From Arcobacteraceae bacterium (lineage in GTDB: Bacteria; Campylobacterota; Campylobacteria; Campylobacterales; Arcobacteraceae), in contig CBDCZH010000016.1 of the NCBI GenBank assembly GCA_965224485.1, forward strand, positions 96,001-160,000: DNA of 64,000 bases. Direction: 5' to 3'. Below the pieces are notes generated by a model. It worked only from the letters and a program-made list of their open reading frames with translations, did not search any database and was not told the DNA's origin. Both the position numbers and the translations under genes were made by a program. Of this stretch, positions 49,933 to 60,610 are shown one piece after another (positions within the stretch are counted from its first letter, which is position 1; every line of letters begins with the position of its first letter).

Positions 49933-50909
49933 CTAGAAAAAACCTATATCAATTAAAGATTTATTTATATCAACCACTTTTACTTCTGTACCATCAATTT
50001 CTTTTATTTCAATATCAGTTAATATTTTATGGAAACCTGTAGAATAAAAGTTATTGAGAAACATATATATCAATCTATGATCTAAATATTCTATAACTTT
50101 TAGATTATTAACTATATATCTAAGTCTTTTAAGTTTTTCAATGAACATGTCATTAATTTTTATAATAATAATTTTTTTTCGCTTAGCTGATAAAGGAACT
50201 CTATTTTCTTTAAAAAACTTATCTAGTATACTCCTAATAGTTATTGGATCTTCAGATAACACTATATCTCTTGATATAACTAATAGTTGAGTACCAAAAA
50301 TTACTTTTCCTAGCTCTTTTTGTAAATAACTAATATTTTCTATCTTACTTAATATACTATCTAATAGGAGTTTTTTATCTTTTTTATCTTTTAAAAAAAA
50401 GAAAGAGGGTATATCCCTATTTGTTAGAACAATAAACTTCATATTTGGAAAAGAATCAATATTTTTATTTGCAATAAAATTAAATATTGCGTTTAATACT
50501 GTATAATGAATCGAATTTCTATTCACATCTCCATTATCTTTATATTGTGAATTACCTTTTACTTGATAAGAAAATATTATATCATCAGATTTATTTTGAA
50601 AAAAAATATTTATGTCTTCCAAGTAATGATGTTCTCCCTCAATTAAAAGAACTTTTTTCTTTGCATTTAAAAGATTTATTGTTTGAACATTAACCATTTT
50701 TTCTAGTGAGTTAATAAACTTATCACTATTAGCAAATGTATTCTTTTTAAGTAATACATCTTTAATATATTTTTTATTTCTTGATGATATTTTTCCATTA
50801 ATAATATAATTTTGTTTTAAATAATGTTTCAAGAAGAAGAACTATCATTGCTTGATACTTAAATCCAAATCCTAAACCAAAATGAACTTTCTCAGGTAAA
50901 ATATTTCAA
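49933..50909 (-). pseudogene. putative PD-(D/E)XK-type nuclease domain protein, 5' frameshifted
   Basis: GFKYQ at 50852-50866 is out of frame with the 299-aa ORF carrying E...EDI...YQVK; TTG 50909 follows AAGGAAG. Confidence 0.55.
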
Positions 50910-50931
50910 ATTATTCTTCCTTATTTTTTAA

Positions 50932-51072
50932 TAACGCTTAGAAATTAGACAATTTTGTTCTATTTCAAGGCGGAGGTTAAAATATGTGAGGAGCATACTC
51001 TTTCGTATGTGACGAATATATTTCAACCTTCAACGCAGAAATTGGACAAAAGTGGCTGATTTATGAGCGTTA
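50932..51072. mobile_element. 141-bp palindromic MITE/REP-like element
   Basis: TA-ended imperfect ~28-bp terminal inverted repeats, inner CATAC-N6-GTATG hairpin, GC above surroundings. Confidence 0.7.
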
Positions 51073-52299
51073 TTTGCCCGACAGTGACTTACCACATATA
51101 TACCCTGAAGCCCAAGCAAACTGCAAATTAAATCCACCCCTCTGCCCCACTATATCTAGCACTTCTCCTGCAAAATATAAGTTCTTACACTTCTTACTTT
51201 CATAAGTCTTATTATCCACCTCAGCAGTTCTAACTCCACCACCACTAACCTCAGCGTGTTTAAATCCTTGAGTATCACTTACTTTAAACTTCCATGAATT
51301 TAATTGATAAGCTAATGCTTTTATTTGTTTTGCATTAATTTCACCAGCTTTTGTATCTTGATGTATTTTACATATATCTAATAATACTGCTGGTAATTTA
51401 TTTGCTAACATTCCTATTAATAAATCTGATGCTTTTATTTCAGGTAGGGTTTTAAACAGTGATTGGATTTGATTAGCTAAATCAGTTTTATTTACTTTAG
51501 GAAAAAAGTTTACAGATAGTTTTACATCTTGATATAAGGCTAAAGCTTGGGCTGCTTCTTGAGATATATCTAAGATGGCAAATCCGGATACTCCATATTT
51601 AGTAAATAAGACATCTCCATATATTTCAGACTCTAGTTTTCCATCTATATATAAAGAAACATTACACTCTTTTTTTACACCTTGCATTAAAGAATGATAT
51701 GTTACATCTGTTTGAAGACCTACAAGGGAAGGATAAGTAGGATTTATTGAATGCTCAAAGTGTGTAGCAAAGTCTAATCCACTTTCATTTGAATTTAATT
51801 GAGGAGCTGCTCCTAAACCATTAGAGATTAATACCTTATCATAGTTCGTATACTCATTATTTGCAGTTTTTAGATTAAATTTATTATCTTTTTTTTCTAT
51901 ACTCGTAATAAGTGCTTCATTAAAAACATTAATACCTAAATTATTAACACTCAAAGAAAGTAAGTTAACTACTGATTTTGCTTCATTTGATAAAGGATAT
52001 ACTTTGTTTGTTTCTTTTATATCTAATAATAGACCTATACTTTTACAAAATTTCTCAAAGGCTTTAAAATCAAAGTTCTTTAAGGCATAAGTAACAAAAG
52101 AAGAGTCTTCCCCTATATAATTAGCAGAAGATACTTGGGTATTAGATATATTACATCTACCATTACCACTTGCTAAAATTTTTTTACCTATTGCTTTATT
52201 TGCATCAAACATATCAATATGTAAATCTTTGTTTAATCTCTTTGCCGTAATGGCCGCAACAATACCAGCAGCCCCTGCTCCTACAATAGCTATTCTCAA
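51070..52299 (-). CDS. HI0933/BaiN family flavoprotein
   Basis: GAGAAG, KILASGNGRCN, GGV, GEVLDIVG.RGGFNLQ.AW.SG. Confidence 0.93.
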   Translation of the reverse strand: MRIAIVGAGAAGIVAAITAKRLNKDLHIDMFDANKAIGKKILASGNGRCNISNTQVSSANYIGEDSSFVTYALKNFDFKAFEKFCKSIGLLLDIKETNKVYPLSNEAKSVVNLLSLSVNNLGINVFNEALITSIEKKDNKFNLKTANNEYTNYDKVLISNGLGAAPQLNSNESGLDFATHFEHSINPTYPSLVGLQTDVTYHSLMQGVKKECNVSLYIDGKLESEIYGDVLFTKYGVSGFAILDISQEAAQALALYQDVKLSVNFFPKVNKTDLANQIQSLFKTLPEIKASDLLIGMLANKLPAVLLDICKIHQDTKAGEINAKQIKALAYQLNSWKFKVSDTQGFKHAEVSGGGVRTAEVDNKTYESKKCKNLYFAGEVLDIVGQRGGFNLQFAWASGYICGKSLSGK

Positions 52300-52338
52300 A
52301 TTTAGACCTTCTTCTTTATTTTTTTGATTATACAATAT

Positions 52339-52659
52339 TTAATAAAATACTGCTATCCATATAGTAGCTTCTTTTAAAGAAGTATATTTAACTCTATGTT
52401 TTAATCCCTTAGCTATATTATAAAACATACCTTTTTTTAGAATTATCTCTTTATTGTGTTGTTCATTATATAGCTCTAAGATAGCTTCTCCTTCTAATAT
52501 AATTACAAACTCATTCTCTTCTTGTATATACCAAAAGTCTTTTTCACTTACTTGTCCATTTGATACTATTCTCTCTATTCTTATATTAGTTTTTTTTAAT
52601 ATTTCGATAAACTCTTCATTTTTTTTATCAAGTATTATATTTTCAAATAAGTTTTTCAT
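52339..52659 (-). CDS. cupin domain protein
   Basis: IERIVSNGQ, WYIQEENEFV, HRV.YT. Confidence 0.85.
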   Translation of the reverse strand: MKNLFENIILDKKNEEFIEILKKTNIRIERIVSNGQVSEKDFWYIQEENEFVIILEGEAILELYNEQHNKEIILKKGMFYNIAKGLKHRVKYTSLKEATIWIAVFY

Positions 52660-52739
52660 TATTAACCTTTAATCTTTTATTATAGCTAGGCTTTCATAAA
52701 AACTAAAAAGACCTAAAAAGACAATTTCATACATTTTTT

Positions 52740-52764
52740 ATACCATAGTGTTATACTATGGTAT
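52740..52764. promoter_or_regulatory. perfect 10-5-10 palindrome, candidate operator
   Basis: ATACCATAGT-GTTAT-ACTATGGTAT. Confidence 0.55.
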
Positions 52765-52934
52765 GTGATTTATTAAGAAAATCGTGAATTACCAAATTTT
52801 TTATTCTTCTTATTTTATATATTGAACCTAAAGAATAGTCCTAAATAGTGGTACTTTGTGACTTCTTTATATTTATTATATATTTTAAATACGAGTTATT
52901 TAATCCCTGAATGATTTAATCATTATTAAATTAC

Positions 52935-52963
52935 TTGACATTAGAAGATTATTAGTATAAACT
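52935..52963 (+). promoter_or_regulatory. sigma70 promoter of the sulfur-assimilation operon
   Basis: TTGACA-N17-TAAACT. Confidence 0.7.
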
Positions 52964-52996
52964 TTCAGTAATAAAATTTAATAAAGGATAAGAACA

Positions 52997-54265
52997 ATGC
53001 AAAACGAAACTATTGCTATACATGCTGGATATAACAAAAAAGAAGGTTATGGTTCAATGTCTGTTCCAATTGCTCAAACAACAGCATATGCCTTTAGAGA
53101 TGCAGAACATGCAGCTAACCTATTTGCACTTAAAGAATTAGGTCCTATTTATACAAGATTAAATAACCCAACAACTGATGTTTTAGAGCAAAGATTTGCC
53201 CAATTAGAAGGTGGAGCTGCTGCTTTATGTGTATCATCAGGACAAGCTGCAATTTTTTATGCAATTATAAATGTAACTAGCGCAGGGGATAATATTTTAA
53301 TCTCTGATAAGTTATATGGTGGAGCGGTTACCCTATTAACTCATACTATTAAAAAGTTTGGAATTACAGCTTCTATATTTAGAAGTGAAGATGCAAAAGA
53401 TTTAGAAGAACAAATCAATGATAAAACAAAAGCAATTTTCTTTGAGAGTTTATCAAATCCACAAGTAGCAATTGCAGATATTGAAGCAATTACCACTATT
53501 GCTAAAAAACATGGTGTTTTAAGTATTTGTGATAATACAGTTGCAAGTGCTGCTTTATTTAATCCTATTGCTTGGGGTGTTGATATTGTTGTTCACTCAA
53601 CATCAAAATATACTTCAGGACAAGGAACAGTAATTGGTGGAATTATAGTTGAGCGTGATGGTATGGCTGAGTTTTTCAAAAAAAATGCTGCTAGATATCC
53701 TGATTTTAATGAACCTGATGTTTCTTATCATGGCTTAATCTATACAGAAGTACCTCTTCCTAACTTCACTCTAAGAGCTAGATTATCACTATTAAGAGAT
53801 ATAGGAGCAGTTCAATCTCCTCATAACTCATGGTTGCTAATTCAAAGTTTAGAAACTTTGTCTTTAAGAGTAGATAAACACTCATCAAATACTTTAGAAC
53901 TTGCTAAGTTCTTAGAATCACATCCTAAGGTTAAAAGTGTTAATTACCCAGGATTAAAAAGCAATAAGAACCATCAAAAAGCAAATAAGTATTTTAAAGA
54001 TGGAAAAGCTTCTGGACTCTTATCATTTGAAGTAAATTCTTATGAAGAAGCTAAGAATATTATTGATTCAACTAAGTTATTCTCAATTGTTGTAAATATT
54101 GGAGATTCTAAATCATTAATAGTTCATCCAGCTTCAACTACTCATTCTCAAATGAATGAAGAAGAACTTGAAGCTGCAGGAATTAATCTTACAACTATTA
54201 GATTATCAATTGGCCTAGAAAATACAGTTGATTTGATAGCTGATTTAAATGAGGCTCTTAACTAA
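52997..54265 (+). CDS. metY: O-acetylhomoserine/O-acetylserine sulfhydrylase
   Basis: IYTRLNNPT, VHSTSKY PLP lysine, NIGDSKSLIVHPASTTH. Confidence 0.92.
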   Translation: MQNETIAIHAGYNKKEGYGSMSVPIAQTTAYAFRDAEHAANLFALKELGPIYTRLNNPTTDVLEQRFAQLEGGAAALCVSSGQAAIFYAIINVTSAGDNILISDKLYGGAVTLLTHTIKKFGITASIFRSEDAKDLEEQINDKTKAIFFESLSNPQVAIADIEAITTIAKKHGVLSICDNTVASAALFNPIAWGVDIVVHSTSKYTSGQGTVIGGIIVERDGMAEFFKKNAARYPDFNEPDVSYHGLIYTEVPLPNFTLRARLSLLRDIGAVQSPHNSWLLIQSLETLSLRVDKHSSNTLELAKFLESHPKVKSVNYPGLKSNKNHQKANKYFKDGKASGLLSFEVNSYEEAKNIIDSTKLFSIVVNIGDSKSLIVHPASTTHSQMNEEELEAAGINLTTIRLSIGLENTVDLIADLNEALN

Positions 54266-54678
54266 TGCCTTTGATTTCATCAAAAGGAATGTACGGTCTT
54301 AGTGCAATGCATGAGCTAGCTAAAAATAAATCAAGCGCTCCTATGCAAATTAGAGAAATTTCAGCCAATGCTGATATTCCTCAAAATTATTTAGAACAAC
54401 TTCTAAGCAAGTTAAGACGAGCACAATTAGTTGTAAGTGTTAGAGGTTCAAAAGGTGGTTATCTTTTGGCAAGAGAAGCTAAAGATATCAAGATATTAGA
54501 TATTTTAATGGTTTTAGAAAATGATTTAAAGATTTGTGACTCAAAAAGTACAAATGCTGTTCTAAATCTATTTTTTGCAGAAATAAAAGATAAAATGAAA
54601 GAGATTTTTGATTTAAATTTAGATGAGTTAGATAAGTATCAAGCTAAGTTAAATCAATTTATAAACTATAGTATTTAA
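54265..54678 (+). CDS. Rrf2 family regulator, CymR-like (no Fe-S cysteine triad)
   Basis: YLEQL..L....LV.SVRGSKGGY.L. Confidence 0.9.
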   Translation: MPLISSKGMYGLSAMHELAKNKSSAPMQIREISANADIPQNYLEQLLSKLRRAQLVVSVRGSKGGYLLAREAKDIKILDILMVLENDLKICDSKSTNAVLNLFFAEIKDKMKEIFDLNLDELDKYQAKLNQFINYSI

Positions 54679-54699
54679 AAAATAAAACAAGGAAATACA

Positions 54700-55626
54700 A
54701 TGAAATATGCACAAAATGTTACAGGTTTAATAGGTAATACACCCTTAGTTAAGTTAAATAAAGCAAGTGTAAATGATGCAATTGTTTTAGGAAAATGTGA
54801 ATTTATGAATCCAACTCACTCTGTAAAAGACAGAATTGGAAATAACATGATACAAGATGCTCTTAAAAAAGGTTTGATTAAGGAAAATACTACAGTAATT
54901 GAACCAACATCTGGAAATACTGGAATTGCTTTAGCTTCTGTTTGTGCTTCTTTAGGAATAAAACTTATTCTTACTATGCCTTCATCTATGAGTTTAGAGA
55001 GACGTCAGTTATTAAAAGCCCTAGGAGCTGATTTAGTTTTAACTGAACCTGCTAAAGGAATGAAAGGTGCTGTTGATAAAGCTCTTGAATTAGGGAAAGA
55101 GATTGAGAATAGTTATATTCCTCAACAATTTGCAAATGAAGCAAATCCAGAAATTCATAGACTAACAACTGCTAAAGAAATTTTAGCTGATACAGAGGGT
55201 AAGGTTGATATTTTAGTAGCTGCTATTGGAACAGGTGGTTCTATTACTGGAATTGCTGATGTTTTAAAAGCACATAATAAAGATATTAAAATTATTGCAG
55301 TTGAACCAGAAGCTTCTCCTGTTTTATCTGGCGGAAACCCAGGTCCTCATAAAATCCAAGGAATTGGAGCTGGTTTTGTACCAGAAGTTTTAAATACATC
55401 TTCTTATGATGAAGTTATTCAAGTTTCAAATGAAAATGCAATTGCAACTTCAAGAGCATTAGCAAAACAAGAAGGTTTACTAGTTGGTATTTCTTCAGGA
55501 GCAAATACTTTTGCAGCCGCACAAGTAGCACAAAGAGAAGAGAATAAAGGAAAAGTTATTGTAACTATTCTTTGTGATACAGGGGAGAGATATTTAAGTG
55601 CAGGATTATATGAAGAAGGTGAATAA
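54700..55626 (+). CDS. cysK: cysteine synthase A
   Basis: NPTHSVKDR, EPTSGNTG, GTGG, PHKIQGIG. Confidence 0.96.
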   Translation: MKYAQNVTGLIGNTPLVKLNKASVNDAIVLGKCEFMNPTHSVKDRIGNNMIQDALKKGLIKENTTVIEPTSGNTGIALASVCASLGIKLILTMPSSMSLERRQLLKALGADLVLTEPAKGMKGAVDKALELGKEIENSYIPQQFANEANPEIHRLTTAKEILADTEGKVDILVAAIGTGGSITGIADVLKAHNKDIKIIAVEPEASPVLSGGNPGPHKIQGIGAGFVPEVLNTSSYDEVIQVSNENAIATSRALAKQEGLLVGISSGANTFAAAQVAQREENKGKVIVTILCDTGERYLSAGLYEEGE

Positions 55627-55663
55627 TATTCACTCTTCTTTAATTTAAATTACAGGTAAAAAT

Positions 55664-55888
55664 ATGAAAGAAAAAGCTTATAGATCAGTAGTTAAAACTA
55701 TTTCGTGGAGAACAATTGGAACCTTAGATACTGTTATTATTTCATACTTTATTACAGGAAATTTAAAAATGGCAGCTTCAATTGGTTCAATTGAATTATT
55801 TACAAAAATGTTTTTGTATTATTTCCATGAAAGAGCTTGGAATAAAATCTCTTTAGGAAGAGAAAAAGCACCTGATTACCAAATCTAG
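55664..55888 (+). CDS. DUF2061 small membrane protein
   Basis: RSVVKTISWR...YYFHERAW. Confidence 0.85.
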   Translation: MKEKAYRSVVKTISWRTIGTLDTVIISYFITGNLKMAASIGSIELFTKMFLYYFHERAWNKISLGREKAPDYQI

Positions 55889-55926
55889 GAAACTAGAGCT
55901 AAACTGGTAAAAAACTAGGATAGAAA

Positions 55927-56634
55927 ATGAATATAGAAGAAAGAATTAAAGAGTTAAATAACAAATTCATAAATAAAAGACCTCAAGAAGTATTAGAATA
56001 CTTCTTAAAAGAATATGGAAATAAAACTGCACTTTCAAGTTCACTTGGAGCAGAAGACCAAGTTCTAAGCCATATGATGTTAGATATTAAGGAAGATGCA
56101 AATATTTTTACTCTTGATACGGGACGATTAAATCCAGAAACATATGCAGTTATGGATGCTACAAATTTAAAATATGGAATTAAAATGAATGTTTTTTTTC
56201 CACAAAATAAAGATGTTCAAAACTTATATCAAGAACAAGGAATAAATGGTTTTTATGAAAGCATTGAAAAAAGAAAAGCCTGTTGTTATATAAGAAAAAT
56301 AGAACCTCTTAAAAGAGCCTTAGAACCTTTAGAGATTTGGATTACTGGTTTAAGAGCTTCTCAAAGTGTGACTAGAGAAAAACTTGAAATTATTGAATAT
56401 GATAAAAATAATAAAGTTATAAAAGTAAACCCCTTACTCTTTTGGAGTGAAGATGATGTTTGGAAGTTTATAAAAGAAAATCATGTACCATATAATAAAC
56501 TTCATGATCAAGGTTTTCCATCAATTGGCTGTGCTCCCTGTACCAGAGCCATTAAGGATGGTGAAGATTTACGAAGTGGAAGATGGTGGTGGGAAAACCC
56601 TGAACATAAAGAGTGTGGTTTACATATTAAGTAA
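55927..56634 (+). CDS. cysH: APS/PAPS reductase, Fe-S type
   Basis: LDTGRL, CC..RK, SIGCAPCT, ECGLH. Confidence 0.93.
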   Translation: MNIEERIKELNNKFINKRPQEVLEYFLKEYGNKTALSSSLGAEDQVLSHMMLDIKEDANIFTLDTGRLNPETYAVMDATNLKYGIKMNVFFPQNKDVQNLYQEQGINGFYESIEKRKACCYIRKIEPLKRALEPLEIWITGLRASQSVTREKLEIIEYDKNNKVIKVNPLLFWSEDDVWKFIKENHVPYNKLHDQGFPSIGCAPCTRAIKDGEDLRSGRWWWENPEHKECGLHIK

Positions 56635-56692
56635 GACAAAAACACATAAAACTCAAACTTTTAATTTGAGCTAATTAATAAAGAGAGAAATA

Positions 56693-57604
56693 ATGATAAG
56701 TACCCAAAGATTAACACATTTAAAACAATTAGAAGCAGAATCTTTACATATAATGAGAGAAGTAATAGCAGAATTTGATAACCCTGCAATGCTTTATTCA
56801 GTTGGAAAAGATTCAGCTGTTATGTTGCATTTAGCACAAAAAGCTTTTTATCCTGCAAAACTTCCTTTTCCACTAGTTCATGTAGATACTACATGGAAAT
56901 TTAAAGAAATGATTGCGTTTAGAGATGAAATGCAAAAAAAACTTGGTTTTGAGCTTTTAGTTCATACTAATCAAGATGGAGTAGATCAAGGAATTGGACC
57001 ATTTTCTCATGGTTCTGCTGTTCATACTGATATTATGAAAACTGCTGGTTTAAAACAAGCATTAAATAAATGGAAGTTTGATGCTGTTTTTGGTGGTGCA
57101 CGAAGAGATGAAGAAAAATCTCGTGCAAAAGAGAGAATTTATTCTTTTAGAGATGAGAAACATAGATGGGATCCAAAAAATCAAAGACCTGAGCTTTGGA
57201 ATTTATATAATTCTCGTGTAAAAAAAGGTGAATCAATTAGAGTTTTTCCACTTTCAAATTGGACAGAACTTGATATTTGGCAGTATATTTATCTTGAAGA
57301 TATTCCTATTGTTCCTTTATATCTAGCTAAAAAAAGACCTGTTGTAATGCGTGATGGCGTTAAAATAATGGTTGATGATGATAGATTACCACTTAATGAA
57401 GGAGAAGTTCCCAAAATGGAATCAGTTAGATTTAGAACATTAGGGTGTTACCCTTTAACAGGAGCAGTTGATTCTACAGCTTCAACACTGCCTGAGATTA
57501 TTCAAGAAATGTTATTAACCAAAACTAGCGAGCGACAAGGTAGAGTTATTGATAATGATTCAGCTGGTTCTATGGAGAAGAAAAAAATAGAGGGGTACTT
57601 TTAA
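56693..57604 (+). CDS. cysD: sulfate adenylyltransferase subunit 2
   Basis: [32 protein letters not shown]. Confidence 0.97.
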   Translation: MISTQRLTHLKQLEAESLHIMREVIAEFDNPAMLYSVGKDSAVMLHLAQKAFYPAKLPFPLVHVDTTWKFKEMIAFRDEMQKKLGFELLVHTNQDGVDQGIGPFSHGSAVHTDIMKTAGLKQALNKWKFDAVFGGARRDEEKSRAKERIYSFRDEKHRWDPKNQRPELWNLYNSRVKKGESIRVFPLSNWTELDIWQYIYLEDIPIVPLYLAKKRPVVMRDGVKIMVDDDRLPLNEGEVPKMESVRFRTLGCYPLTGAVDSTASTLPEIIQEMLLTKTSERQGRVIDNDSAGSMEKKKIEGYF

Positions 57605-57605
57605 T

Positions 57606-59018
57606 ATGAGCATTCAAGAAGATAAAATAAGTAAAGATATAGAAAGTTATTTAAAAGAGCATGAAAATAAACAACTGTTAAGATTTATAACCTGTGGTTC
57701 AGTTGATGATGGGAAAAGTACTCTAATAGGAAGATTACTTCATGATTCTAAGATGATTTTTGAAGATCAATTAGCTGCTATTAAAAAAGATTCTATAAAA
57801 AGTGGAACTACTGATGGTGAGTTTGATTTAGCCTTATTGGTTGATGGTTTACAAAGTGAGCGAGAGCAAGGAATTACTATTGATGTTGCTTATAGATATT
57901 TTGCAACAGACAAAAGAAAATTTATTATTGCAGATACTCCTGGTCATGAACAATATACAAGAAATATGGCAACAGGAGCTAGTACTGCTGATTTAGCAAT
58001 TATATTAATTGATGCTAGATATGGAGTGCAAACACAAACAAGACGTCATAGTTTTATTACAAAATTACTTGGAATTAAACATCTTATTATTGCTATTAAT
58101 AAAATGGACTTAGTTGATTTTAGTGAAGATAGATATAACGAAATAGTTGCAGAATATGAAGAGTTTGCTGATGAAATTTCTTTAACTTCTGATATTACTA
58201 TGATTCCACTATCAGCATTAAATGGCGATAATGTAGTTAATATAAGCTCAAAATCGCCTTGGTATAAAGGTTCAACTTTAATGCATACTCTTGAAACACT
58301 TGAAATTTCAAGTGATAGAGATTTGGCTCATTTTAGAATGCCAGTTCAGTATGTAAATAGACCAAATTTAAATTTTAGAGGTTTTTGTGGAACTATAGCT
58401 GCAGGTATTATATCTGTAGGAGATAGTATAACAGTACTACCTTCTGGAAAAAGCTCAACTGTAAAAGAAATTGTTACTTATGATGGGAATTTGTCTTATG
58501 CTTATGCACAAATGGCAATTACTATTACATTAAATGATGAAATAGACATAAGCAGGGGTGATATTTTAGTTAAAAGTGACGAACAAGCAGATATGGCTGA
58601 TACTTTAGATGTAAATATTGTTTGGATGGATGAAAAAGCTTTAACTAAAGGAACATCATATTTTATTAAAAGAGCGGCTACTGTAACAACTGGGACAATT
58701 GATAGTTTTTATTATAAAACAGATGTTAATACCTTAGAAAAACAAGAGTGTAATACCTTAAATTTGAATGAAATAGCACATGCAAAATTATCATTAAATC
58801 AAAAAATTGCTTTTGATGCATATGATCATATTAAAGCAATGGGTTCTTTTATTATAATTGATAGAATTACAAATAATACCGTTGGAGCTGGGATGATTGT
58901 TAAAAAATCTGAAGTGAGTTCTAAAACAAAAGTTAACGAACATTCAGAATTTGAAGTAGAGTTTAATGCACTTGTTCGAAAACACTTTCCTCACTGGGAA
59001 GCAAAAGAAATATTATAG
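57606..59018 (+). CDS. cysN: sulfate adenylyltransferase subunit 1
   Basis: [18 protein letters not shown]; no fused CysC domain. Confidence 0.96.
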   Translation: MSIQEDKISKDIESYLKEHENKQLLRFITCGSVDDGKSTLIGRLLHDSKMIFEDQLAAIKKDSIKSGTTDGEFDLALLVDGLQSEREQGITIDVAYRYFATDKRKFIIADTPGHEQYTRNMATGASTADLAIILIDARYGVQTQTRRHSFITKLLGIKHLIIAINKMDLVDFSEDRYNEIVAEYEEFADEISLTSDITMIPLSALNGDNVVNISSKSPWYKGSTLMHTLETLEISSDRDLAHFRMPVQYVNRPNLNFRGFCGTIAAGIISVGDSITVLPSGKSSTVKEIVTYDGNLSYAYAQMAITITLNDEIDISRGDILVKSDEQADMADTLDVNIVWMDEKALTKGTSYFIKRAATVTTGTIDSFYYKTDVNTLEKQECNTLNLNEIAHAKLSLNQKIAFDAYDHIKAMGSFIIIDRITNNTVGAGMIVKKSEVSSKTKVNEHSEFEVEFNALVRKHFPHWEAKEIL

Positions 59019-59026
59019 GAAATATT

Positions 59027-60610
59027 ATGGCTAAAGAAAATGCAGCTGCAAGAGTTGAAAGAATTAAAAAAGAAAAAAATGGTTTAGATGTATTAAAAGA
59101 TATATATCTTTATGCCGTTTTAGGTGAAGAAATAGATAAAGAAGATATTGATAGATTCAAATGGTATGGTTTATATACACAAAATACAAACCTCCAAGAT
59201 GAAGATGATAAAACTTTATATTTTATGTTAAGAGTTAAACTAGAAAATGCTTCTTTAAATATAGAGCAGTTAAGAATATGCTCACAAATATCTAAAGAAT
59301 TTGCAAGAGATACGGCTGATTTTACAACAAGACAGGATATTCAGTTTCATTATATTACAGTAAAAGATTTACCTGAAATATTTAGATTGTTAAATACTGT
59401 AGGACTTAGTAGTGTTTTTGCAGCAGGAGATGTTCCACGAAATGTAACAACCTGTCCTGTATCATCTTTAGAACATGATGAAATTTGTGATACTTCAAAA
59501 CTTGTTAAAAAAGTAAATGATTATTTAAGAGGAAATAAGAATTTATCCAATTTACCAAGAAAATATAAGATTTCTATTTCAGCTTGTAATAAACACTGTG
59601 TGGGACATGAAATACAAGATTTAGCATTTACTGCTGTTAAATTAAATGATAAAGTTTTATTTGAAGTACATGTAGGTGGAGGATTAGCTTCGAATAAAAG
59701 ATTCGCTGATTATATTGGAGCTGTTACTCCTTCACAAGTTTTAAGTGTTGTAAAAGCAGTTACTACTATTTATAGAGACCATGGATTAAGAGAAAATCGA
59801 AGAAAAGCTAGATTAGGTCATTTAATACAAGCATGGGGAATTGAAAAGTTTAAAGAAGTTTTAGAAGAAAAATTAAAATTTTCTTTAAAAAATCAAAAAG
59901 CTCAAACATATACTCCTTATGCAAAAAGAGAACATTTTGGAGTACAGCAGTCAAAATTAAAAGCAAAATCATATATAGGATGTGCTATAAATGGAGGAAA
60001 GATTCTTTCTTCTGGATTAAATGATTTAGCCGATGTTTTAGAAAAACATCAAGTAACAACAATAAAAACGACAGTTACGCAAAACTTTGTAGTTTGTGAT
60101 GCTTTTAGTGAAAAAACACAAGCTTTATGTGAAGACTTAGAAGTATTAGGAATAGATGCAAATCCTAGTCCTTTTAAAGCAAGAACAATTTCTTGTACGG
60201 GAATTAACTTTTGTAAGTTTGCAGTAACTGAAACAAAAAGCCAAGCTATGAAACTTAGTTTATATTTAGAAGAAAAGTTTCCAGAGTTTAAAGAAACAGT
60301 TTCTATATCTTTAAATGGCTGTCCGAACTCATGTGCCCATCCTCATATTGTGGATATTGGTTTATTAGGGACAAAAGTTAGAACACCAGAGGGAACAGTT
60401 CCAGGCTTTGAGCTTATAATTGCTGGAAACCTAGAAGGTGAAGATTCTTCTTTTGGAGAAAAAGTTGGTATTAAAGTACCTTCTTCAAGAGTTGAAGAAC
60501 TTGTTGAAAATATAATTTCACAGTACATAAACAGTGATGAAAATTCTGTTCATGAATTTTTAAAAAAGAAAGTAGGTAATGAAGAATTTATTTCGTCCCT
60601 TCTTAAGTGA
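59027..60610 (+). CDS. ferredoxin-type nitrite/sulfite reductase hemoprotein
   Basis: TTRQDIQFH, LPRKYK, CTGINFC...NGCPNSC siroheme/Fe-S ligands; in cys operon. Confidence 0.9.
   Translation: MAKENAAARVERIKKEKNGLDVLKDIYLYAVLGEEIDKEDIDRFKWYGLYTQNTNLQDEDDKTLYFMLRVKLENASLNIEQLRICSQISKEFARDTADFTTRQDIQFHYITVKDLPEIFRLLNTVGLSSVFAAGDVPRNVTTCPVSSLEHDEICDTSKLVKKVNDYLRGNKNLSNLPRKYKISISACNKHCVGHEIQDLAFTAVKLNDKVLFEVHVGGGLASNKRFADYIGAVTPSQVLSVVKAVTTIYRDHGLRENRRKARLGHLIQAWGIEKFKEVLEEKLKFSLKNQKAQTYTPYAKREHFGVQQSKLKAKSYIGCAINGGKILSSGLNDLADVLEKHQVTTIKTTVTQNFVVCDAFSEKTQALCEDLEVLGIDANPSPFKARTISCTGINFCKFAVTETKSQAMKLSLYLEEKFPEFKETVSISLNGCPNSCAHPHIVDIGLLGTKVRTPEGTVPGFELIIAGNLEGEDSSFGEKVGIKVPSSRVEELVENIISQYINSDENSVHEFLKKKVGNEEFISSLLK

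Noticed and set aside
44557..50909. Integron cassette array or prophage
   Set aside because: No integrase, no recurring attC sites I can support, mixed orientations and no phage genes
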